Shown here piece by piece: positions 10,050-16,909 of a stretch of DNA of 64,000 nt. Position 1 is the stretch's first letter. Every line of letters starts with the position of its first letter. The position numbers and the translations under genes were made by a program. Under the pieces are notes generated by a model that saw only the letters and a list, made by a program, of their open reading frames with translations, had not been told where the DNA came from and made no database searches. Origin of the DNA: Bacteroidales bacterium (GTDB taxonomy: Bacteria; Bacteroidota; Bacteroidia; Bacteroidales; WCHB1-69); the NCBI GenBank assembly GCA_024400755.1, contig JAKSMG010000006.1, positions 17,361 to 81,360 of the forward strand, written 5' to 3'.

Positions 10050-10082
10050 AGGGGTAACTTAAAAATCGTTACCTCTTTTTTT
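10050..10082 (+). terminator. intrinsic terminator closing an unannotated roughly 0.5 kb intergenic unit
   Basis: Stem AGGGGTAAC / GTTACCTCT followed by a T7 run. Confidence 0.6.
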
Positions 10083-10135
10083 ATTATTAATATTATAGGA
10101 AATATCATTGTTTATCTCGTAATTAAATTTATTCG

Positions 10136-10143
10136 TAAATTTG
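10136..10143 (+). promoter_or_regulatory. -7 promoter motif TAAATTTG upstream of the MATE gene
   Basis: TAnnTTTG match 34 nt upstream of the ATG at 10177. Confidence 0.4.
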
Positions 10144-10176
10144 CAATTCAAATAATTGTACATAAAAAAAATTAAT

Positions 10177-11547
10177 ATGGCCTTTGATAATCGTGATAAT
10201 ATTGATTTTGGCAAGGAAAATATTCCCAAACTTTTCCGAAGTATCTTTATTCCTACTGTTTTGGGAATGCTTTTCAATGCCGTTTTTGTGTTAACCGACG
10301 GTGTCTTTATTGGGCATGGAGTTGGGGCGGCGGGCTTGGCCAGCGTCAACCTGGTGGCCCCGATTATGATGATTATCACCGGCTTGGGCATGATGTTCGG
10401 CTCGGGTTGCGCGGTGGTGGCGGCCATTCAACTGGCACAGTCGAAAGTCAAGGTGGCGAGAATCAATATCACGCAGTCGTTTATTGCCTGCCTGCTGTTG
10501 TCGTTGCTGTTGGTGCTGTTTTTCTATACTTGTCCGCAGTTGGTGTTTCGCATCTTGGGAGTCAGCGACAGTCTTCACGAATTGGCGATGGATTATTATT
10601 TATGGTTTTTACCCACTTGCGTGTTTTTGATGATACAGATTTGGGGAGAATTTGTCATTCGTTTGGACGGTTCGCCGCGTTATGTGATGTGTGCCAACAT
10701 CATTCCCGCGGTCATCAATATCATATTGGACTACACGTTTATCTTTCCTTGCAATTTAGGACTGAAGGGAGCGGCCTTGGCCACCGACATTGGTTGCGGC
10801 GTAGGTGCGGTGATGACTTTATTCTATATGTTTTTCCTGCGTAAGCAGTTGTCGTTTTATCCGCTTAAAATGACAAGGACAAGCAACCGTTTGGCGGTGC
10901 GTAACATTGGCTATATGATCAGATTAGGTTTTGCCGCCTTTTTGAGCGAATTGGCCATTTCGGTTATGATGTTGGCGGGCAATATCGCTTTTGCCAAGCA
11001 ATTGGGCGATGCCGGTGTTGCCGCGTACAGTGTGATTTGCTATCTGTTTCCGGTAGTCAATATGATATACATAGCCGTGGCACAATCTGCCCAGCCCATT
11101 ATCAGTTTCAATTACGGAGCGAAGCAGGAAAAGCGGGTGCACGACGCCTTTCGTTACAGTTTGATTGTGAGTTTGCTGATAGGTGCCTTGGCGACTTTGA
11201 TTTTCTTCCTTTTCACTTCAAGTATGGTGTCGGCATTCATAGAATCGACGGATCGGGCTCATATTTTGGCTGTGGGCGGTTTGCCGTGGTATTCCCTTAG
11301 TTTTGTGTTTATCGCGTTTAATGTCGCTGCTATCGGCTATTTTCAGTCTGTAGAAAAAATCACGATGGCCTCGTTGATGATGACCTTGCGTGGAATAGTG
11401 CTTCCGGTTGTGGCGTTTTTATTCTTGCCAATGATCATAGGTGAAATGGGATTATGGTTGGCGATACCGATGGCAGAAATGTTCACGACAATGGTAGAAC
11501 TTATATATTTTGTATTTTTGCGGCGAGAAATTGCTAAAAATGAGTGA
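10177..11547 (+). CDS. MATE family multidrug efflux transporter
   Basis: About 455-aa polytopic membrane protein with the MATE-type N-terminus (IPKLFRSIFIPTVLGMLFNAVFVLTDGVFIGHGVG). The ATG at 10177 is preferred over the TTG at 10156. Confidence 0.85.
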   Translation: MAFDNRDNIDFGKENIPKLFRSIFIPTVLGMLFNAVFVLTDGVFIGHGVGAAGLASVNLVAPIMMIITGLGMMFGSGCAVVAAIQLAQSKVKVARINITQSFIACLLLSLLLVLFFYTCPQLVFRILGVSDSLHELAMDYYLWFLPTCVFLMIQIWGEFVIRLDGSPRYVMCANIIPAVINIILDYTFIFPCNLGLKGAALATDIGCGVGAVMTLFYMFFLRKQLSFYPLKMTRTSNRLAVRNIGYMIRLGFAAFLSELAISVMMLAGNIAFAKQLGDAGVAAYSVICYLFPVVNMIYIAVAQSAQPIISFNYGAKQEKRVHDAFRYSLIVSLLIGALATLIFFLFTSSMVSAFIESTDRAHILAVGGLPWYSLSFVFIAFNVAAIGYFQSVEKITMASLMMTLRGIVLPVVAFLFLPMIIGEMGLWLAIPMAEMFTTMVELIYFVFLRREIAKNE

Positions 11548-12043
11548 CAAGATGACACTTGAGCAGCGGCGACGCTGTATGCAGGCGAATAAAAGTAAAA
11601 ACACCTCTATTGAGATATTATTGGGGCGTGCGTTGTGGGCACGTGGATTGCGATATCGCAAGCACTGTAAGGATGTGCCGGGTCGTCCCGACTTTTGTTT
11701 CAAGGGCAAAAGGCTTGCTGTCTTTTGTGACGGCGAGTTTTGGCATGGTCGCGACTGGGAGCAGAACAAGCAGCGTATTCACAGCCATCGGGAATTTTGG
11801 TACGACAAGATAGAGCGCAACCAGCGGCGGGATATGGCCGTGAACCAGCAGTTGCGGAGTGCGGGGTGGCAGGTGTTGCGTTTTTGGGAGACGGACATCC
11901 GCAAGCACTTGGATTCCTGTGTGCAGATGGTGGAGGCGGCTCTCAACGGTGCATCCGTACCCGACAGGGTGTTTTACGAGTACATCGAAACTTCCAATTT
12001 GTTGGTTGCCGAAGCCGAGATGGTGTACGGGAAAAAGGAGTAA
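11540..12043 (+). CDS. vsr: very-short-patch repair endonuclease
   Basis: TSIEILLGRALWARGLRYRK...PGRPDFCF...AVFCDGEFWHGRDW matches the Vsr catalytic core. The start overlaps the MATE stop (ATGAGTGA). Confidence 0.85.
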   Translation: MSDKMTLEQRRRCMQANKSKNTSIEILLGRALWARGLRYRKHCKDVPGRPDFCFKGKRLAVFCDGEFWHGRDWEQNKQRIHSHREFWYDKIERNQRRDMAVNQQLRSAGWQVLRFWETDIRKHLDSCVQMVEAALNGASVPDRVFYEYIETSNLLVAEAEMVYGKKE

Positions 12044-12115
12044 AGTGTCAACTACGCAAATGGTTTGCGTAGTAAAAAAACGGGGGGTGAGCCAGTCTGA
12101 TATTATATTTTTTGT

Positions 12116-12123
12116 TATTTTTG
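12116..12123 (+). promoter_or_regulatory. -7 promoter motif TATTTTTG upstream of the 115-aa ORF
   Basis: TAnnTTTG match 50 nt upstream of the ATG at 12173. Confidence 0.35.
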
Positions 12124-12172
12124 TTGATTGTTTAGAAAAATTCAGATAATTTAACAAGAAACATTATAAGAT

Positions 12173-12520
12173 ATGGAAGTGTCATTTAATGGTGACAAAG
12201 TTTTGTGCGTAAAGATAGACAACACCTTAAATAACAAAGATGTAAAGCATTTAGAAAGGCGTGAAAACATCTACGAATGTACAAGGAAATATTGGCATGT
12301 CAACAAAGAACGCGCCGAAAAAGCCGACTATGTGATGGGCATTGCCAATGGAATTGTACAAGTGGTTTACATTCCTCGAAAGTGGATACTAACAGCCAAC
12401 CCCAGATTTGCAGGACGCTATGAATTTGAAGGTGAAGAGGTGAAAGATTCTTCGTATATTGGAATGAATGTAGCGCAGCTTGTGAAAGGACAAAGCCCAA
12501 TTCGATATTTTAATATGTAA
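12173..12520 (+). CDS. hypothetical small protein (115 aa), first AT-rich gene of the island
   Basis: Intact ORF with its own promoter motif and a downstream terminator. I recognise no family for it. Confidence 0.5.
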   Translation: MEVSFNGDKVLCVKIDNTLNNKDVKHLERRENIYECTRKYWHVNKERAEKADYVMGIANGIVQVVYIPRKWILTANPRFAGRYEFEGEEVKDSSYIGMNVAQLVKGQSPIRYFNM

Positions 12521-12580
12521 ACAATTGCTGAATTGAGAAAAAGTTTTATTTTTGTACTTATTTGAATAATTGGACAAAAA

Positions 12581-12604
12581 AGCCAACAAGCTGCTGGCTT
12601 TTTA
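12581..12604 (+). terminator. intrinsic terminator after the 115-aa ORF
   Basis: AGCCA..CA / TG..TGGCT stem followed by TTTTT. Confidence 0.5.
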
Positions 12605-12740
12605 GAGATGCCTGAATCTTTTGGATTGGTGCCGTGAAAACCTCCAACTATATGTAAGCCATTTATTTAAATGGCAGTTGATGGCAAAAGTAAATATACC
12701 TGAGAACGGCACAACGGGGATGTAAAGATGGAAGAATGTA

Positions 12741-12773
12741 GTGGAGCGCATTTCTGCACTCCGCTTTTGTTTT
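12741..12773 (+). terminator. second hairpin plus T-run (possible terminator of a short untranslated unit)
   Basis: GTGGAGCGC-ATTTCT-GCACTCCGC followed by TTTTGTTTT. Confidence 0.4.
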
Positions 12774-12807
12774 ATCTTCCGTGCAATACTTTTTATGTGT
12801 GCACTAT

Positions 12808-12835
12808 AGTCCGTTGTTATTTTTTGCAACGGACT
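12808..12835 (+). promoter_or_regulatory. C-box-like palindromic operator candidate upstream of the controller gene
   Basis: Perfect 9-bp inverted repeat AGTCCGTTG-N10-CAACGGACT, 22 nt upstream of the ATG at 12858. The T-rich spacer resembles a -7 element. Confidence 0.4.
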
Positions 12836-12857
12836 GTAATTTTGTTAGTTTCCTTTT

Positions 12858-13094
12858 ATGAAGAGAAAAATGACTATGAATCTACTAAAAAATATTGGTA
12901 ATGAGATAATTAGCTTGCGAAAATCAAAAGGTCTATCGCAGGAAAAGTTGGCATTGAATGCCAACATTGACCGCCGCTATATGAGCGACATAGAAAACGG
13001 CCGCCGCAACATTTCCGTGGAGATGCTTTCCAAAATTGCGAAGGCCCTGGAAACTACTGGAAGTGAAATTTTGAAGGTGGCGGAAAAGGAATAG
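12858..13094 (+). CDS. XRE-family HTH protein, R-M controller (C-protein)-like
   Basis: 78 aa with an HTH_3 core: SLRKSKGLSQEKLALNANIDRRYMSDIENGRRNISVEMLSKIAKAL. It lies immediately upstream of an m5C methyltransferase. Confidence 0.75.
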   Translation: MKRKMTMNLLKNIGNEIISLRKSKGLSQEKLALNANIDRRYMSDIENGRRNISVEMLSKIAKALETTGSEILKVAEKE

Positions 13095-13103
13095 GAGGGG
13101 AGT

Positions 13104-14171
13104 ATGGTAAAGAGGAAATATACATCTTTAGACATTTTTGCAGGAGCTGGAGGCTTGAGCTTAGGAGCCTTACAAGCAGGCATAGATGTGTCAATCGCAG
13201 TTGAGATGGATAAATTCGCAGCTGAAACATATAAGTATAATCATCCCAATGCCCGAGTGCTATGCGATAACATTAGCAATATTTCAACAGAAACATTAAA
13301 GAAGAATTCTTTTTTCATTATTATGGGAGGACCGCCTTGCCAGGGATTTTCTTTGTCAAATACAAGAAGTCGTAATTTAGACAATCCTAAGAATTTCCTT
13401 TTTAAAGAGTTTGTTCGTTTCGTTAAAGATCTTCAGCCGAAATGGTTCCTTTTTGAGAATGTTGGCGGATTCCCTTTGTTTGAAAAAGGGCTGATTAGAG
13501 ATGAGGTTAAAAAGTCTTTTGAAGATCTCGGATATTCTGTCGCAGATTCTGTGTTATGGGCTTCTGATTATGGAGTTCCACAAAATAGAAATAGATTCTT
13601 CATGGTGGGGAACAATCAGGGAATAAATTTTGAATTCCCCCAACCATTTGATTATAAGGTTACTGTTGAAGAAGCTTTAGGAGACCTTCCTTTGCTTGAA
13701 AATGGCGATATGATAGAGCGTGCCGCCTATAGGGAAACGTTAAATCAAGCCAGCCATTATGCTAAACAAATGAGGATTGGCTCGGAAAACGCAACTCAAA
13801 ATTATGTTTCAAAAAATGCTGATTATGTGATTGAAAGGTACAAGTATATCCCTCAAGGTGGGAATTGGAGATCAATTCCGAATGAATTGATGGAAAACTA
13901 TGCAGACAAATCAAGATGCCATAGCGGAATATATCGTAGATTATGTGCTGACAAACCTTCAGTGGTAATCTCTAACTATCGAAAAAGCATGTTGATCCAT
14001 CCTTTTCAGAATAGAGGATTGTCTGTTCGAGAAGCTGCAAGACTTCAATCTTTCCCAGATACATTCATATTCAAAGGTTCGCTTATGCATATTCAACAAC
14101 AAATAGGTAATGCCGTCCCACCATTGTTGGCAAAAGCCGTCTTCGATAAAATTTTGAGCTATGAAGAATAA
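13104..14171 (+). CDS. DNA (cytosine-5)-methyltransferase (island MTase 1)
   Basis: Motifs I FAGAGG, IV GGPPCQGFS, VI ENV, VIII QNRNRFF and X GNAVPP. Confidence 0.92.
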   Translation: MVKRKYTSLDIFAGAGGLSLGALQAGIDVSIAVEMDKFAAETYKYNHPNARVLCDNISNISTETLKKNSFFIIMGGPPCQGFSLSNTRSRNLDNPKNFLFKEFVRFVKDLQPKWFLFENVGGFPLFEKGLIRDEVKKSFEDLGYSVADSVLWASDYGVPQNRNRFFMVGNNQGINFEFPQPFDYKVTVEEALGDLPLLENGDMIERAAYRETLNQASHYAKQMRIGSENATQNYVSKNADYVIERYKYIPQGGNWRSIPNELMENYADKSRCHSGIYRRLCADKPSVVISNYRKSMLIHPFQNRGLSVREAARLQSFPDTFIFKGSLMHIQQQIGNAVPPLLAKAVFDKILSYEE

Positions 14172-16308
14172 CAGTGAGAATATGCACTTCAAATTTGATG
14201 TCAGTACCTTCCGTCTTTTGGGACGGGAACTTATTACTGATAGGGTTACGGCATTATTCGAGTTGGTGAAGAACTGTTATGATGCCAATGCTGAGAATGT
14301 TGTCATCACATTTGAAAATGTCAATCCGATTTCAACAAATAGTAGAATCATCATTGAAGATGATGGAATAGGAATGTCTTACGAGGACATCCGCGACAAA
14401 TGGATGGTAATTGGGACAAGCAGCAAAAGAAGAAATAAAACTTCTCCATCGCCGTATAACAGAGCGGTTGTGGGTAAAAAAGGTGTTGGACGATTTGCTG
14501 TTGATAAATTAGGTTCCTGCTTAATTATGCGAACCAAAAAACTTGGTTCTAATGAGCTTCAATGTCTTGAAGTGGATTGGAGCAGGTATTCTGCAGAAGA
14601 AAGTAATCAGCTGAGTCTTGATTTTGAAGATTTTAATGAACAAAATCATCCTATGTTTACGGATATGGATAATCGGCATTGGATTGAGAACGGCATTGAG
14701 ACTCAGCATGGGACGATATTGGAAATATCTCAACTAAATGATATTTGGACTGAAAATGATATTCGTCGCGCTTACAAAGAATTGTCCAAATTAGTCAGAC
14801 CGACATTGGACATCAAATACCCTTTCAATATAAAAATAAGAGCATCTCAATATCAAGATTATCAAGATAAAAAAGTTGTCAGCAGTGCCCTGAATAAAGC
14901 TACATTGAACTATCATCTTTCTTTTCGGTATGATGAGATAACTAAAAAATATTTTCAAGAATACTTGAAAGAAGAGAAAGGGAACCTTGTCGTTAAAGAA
15001 AAAGAAGCAGAGATTTTCGGTCCCATAGCATTGTCTTTATATTACTATGATAAGAATGCTAAAAGAAATTTTGCAAAAGGAGATAGAATTGATGGGGTGA
15101 AAATATATCGAGATGGAATTATTGCAACCCCGTTCGCTGAATATAAAGAAGATAGAGATGAACAAAAAGATTTATTTGGGATAGATAAACGCCGTTGGTC
15201 TGGATTTTTTGAAAAACTAAGTACGAGAGATTTGCTTGGATGGATTGACATTTCTGAAGAATTGAATCCAAAAATCATAGACTCTACTAATCGGCAGGAT
15301 TTTGTTGATAATGGGGAATGGACGGCACTTAAGTCTTTTGTGATTAATCAAGTACATCAGATTGAGTTGCTATTGAAGCATCAAAAATCTCAGCAGAAAT
15401 CAGAAAATCATGAAAAACTGAAACAAGCAACAGAAGATGTTTCATCAATCAAAGCTAAAATTGAAAAGGTGAAAAAAAGTTCTGCTCTGCTCTCTCCTGA
15501 TGTTGAAAAGGATTTGGATGATATTACTTCAAAACTTGATACTATCAAATTGGCAGTTGACAGTTCTGCAGAGGATTTGACGCAAATGGAACAGAGCCAA
15601 AAGGCACAGGAAAATTTGTTTTTCAGTTTGGTGTCTCTGCAATCTTATGCAGCTCAAATGTCTCATATTTTCCGTACGTCAATTGGATACATAAAACGCT
15701 CTGCTGAATTTGTGGCCAAATGGGTGCCTATAGGAGAGAAACAGGATAAAGTGGTGAAACATGCCAAAATTGTTTTTGAAGACACCAATAATTTGTCTAA
15801 AGCAATGGACTTTATGTTGAGTTATGCTGAAGATGAATCGACTTTTGAATATTTTGACATCCGTCAGGCCGTTTACGAAATCTTTGATGAGCGTTATTCA
15901 TATTTGTTTGAAGAGGAATCCATTAAAGTTGAGCGAATTGTTGAAGATGATTTTGAATTGCTATACAATAAAAAAGCATTCCAGGATATGTTTGGAAATC
16001 TGATTGACAATTCTGCTAAAGCATTAAGAAATGTCAATGACAAAAGAATCAAGTGTAGCGCATCGCGTGAAAAAGATTCACTGGTAATAATGTTTTCAGA
16101 TAATGGCTGTGGCATTCCTAAGGAAAACTGGGATAAGATATTTGATGTGTTCTTTACAACAACCGCCGATTTTGGAGGTGCTGGGTTAGGACTATATATC
16201 ATAAAATCAAGATTGGAATCCATCAAAGGTTCTATTTCCTTGGAAGATAATGAATTCCTTCCCAACGGAGCCACATTTAAAATAACAATACCTTTAAAGC
16301 ATGAATAA
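14161..16308 (+). CDS. cytoplasmic histidine kinase with an extra N-terminal MORC/Hsp90-like GHKL ATPase domain
   Basis: N-terminal GHKL motifs are ELVKNCYDANA, IIEDDGIGMS and GKKGVGRFA. A coiled-coil-like middle region follows. The H-box is MSHIFRTSIGY (His502). The C-terminal CA domain has NLIDNSAKAL, SDNGCGI, FDVFFTT and GGAGLGLY. No TM segments are present. Confidence 0.75.
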   Translation: MKNNSENMHFKFDVSTFRLLGRELITDRVTALFELVKNCYDANAENVVITFENVNPISTNSRIIIEDDGIGMSYEDIRDKWMVIGTSSKRRNKTSPSPYNRAVVGKKGVGRFAVDKLGSCLIMRTKKLGSNELQCLEVDWSRYSAEESNQLSLDFEDFNEQNHPMFTDMDNRHWIENGIETQHGTILEISQLNDIWTENDIRRAYKELSKLVRPTLDIKYPFNIKIRASQYQDYQDKKVVSSALNKATLNYHLSFRYDEITKKYFQEYLKEEKGNLVVKEKEAEIFGPIALSLYYYDKNAKRNFAKGDRIDGVKIYRDGIIATPFAEYKEDRDEQKDLFGIDKRRWSGFFEKLSTRDLLGWIDISEELNPKIIDSTNRQDFVDNGEWTALKSFVINQVHQIELLLKHQKSQQKSENHEKLKQATEDVSSIKAKIEKVKKSSALLSPDVEKDLDDITSKLDTIKLAVDSSAEDLTQMEQSQKAQENLFFSLVSLQSYAAQMSHIFRTSIGYIKRSAEFVAKWVPIGEKQDKVVKHAKIVFEDTNNLSKAMDFMLSYAEDESTFEYFDIRQAVYEIFDERYSYLFEEESIKVERIVEDDFELLYNKKAFQDMFGNLIDNSAKALRNVNDKRIKCSASREKDSLVIMFSDNGCGIPKENWDKIFDVFFTTTADFGGAGLGLYIIKSRLESIKGSISLEDNEFLPNGATFKITIPLKHE

Positions 16309-16909
16309 TACAGAGAAAATGGATGTGGAAATCATCTATATTGATGATGTCTTAAGACCGGAAAAAAACGCCTTCCTTGACGATTTGGAAGGAACCATTA
16401 CGGATGCCAAACAGTTTGACAATCCATCGAAAGGACTTGATTACATCAAAGAAAATATCGATAAGAACATTATTGTTATTTTGGATTGGAGATTTGCTAA
16501 TTGTAGCCAGCAGGGAGCCGATATATTGAATTCAATATATGAAATGTCAGCTTTGGTCCCCGTTATTGTTTTTACAGGAGCCAATATTGATGTGACAGCT
16601 GCTTCAAATATGTTTAAAGGACATGCGTTCAGTTGTCTCTCGAAAGATGCGTCAACGCAAGAGATAACGGATGCAATTGAAGATGCATATCTGCGTATTC
16701 AAAACGACATCCGTTCTGTGATGAGCCGATGGATTCAAAACCTGCCATCTGACAAACGGGAAGCTCCGTATATGTCCTACAAGGACAAAACTTATTCCTT
16801 GAATGATCTTCTTGATTCTATTCGCAGACAGGATGAAATAGGCAAAGAATTGACACGGAATATTTTAGGCCTTGCTGCTGAAATGTTTACCAATAATTTG
16901 AAGAAATGA
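16301..16909 (+). CDS. receiver (REC) domain protein with an uncharacterised roughly 70-aa C-terminal tail
   Basis: Receiver landmarks are IYIDDV (acidic pair), VILDWRF (Asp62 acceptor), VFTGA (Thr) and LSKD (Lys). An 8-nt overlap with the kinase gene supports coupling. Confidence 0.65.
   Translation: MNNTEKMDVEIIYIDDVLRPEKNAFLDDLEGTITDAKQFDNPSKGLDYIKENIDKNIIVILDWRFANCSQQGADILNSIYEMSALVPVIVFTGANIDVTAASNMFKGHAFSCLSKDASTQEITDAIEDAYLRIQNDIRSVMSRWIQNLPSDKREAPYMSYKDKTYSLNDLLDSIRRQDEIGKELTRNILGLAAEMFTNNLKK

Noticed and set aside
12139-12151. Possible island-flanking direct repeats: AAATTCAG...ATAAT at 12139-12151 and at 26691-26709.
   Set aside because: Only an 8-mer plus a 5-mer are shared in AT-rich sequence, which is well within chance expectation.
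12602-12829. 75-aa minus-strand ORF between the 115-aa gene and the controller gene.
   Set aside because: It runs antisense through two plus-strand terminator hairpins and the C-box-like palindrome. Its composition is basic and low in complexity, with no motif.
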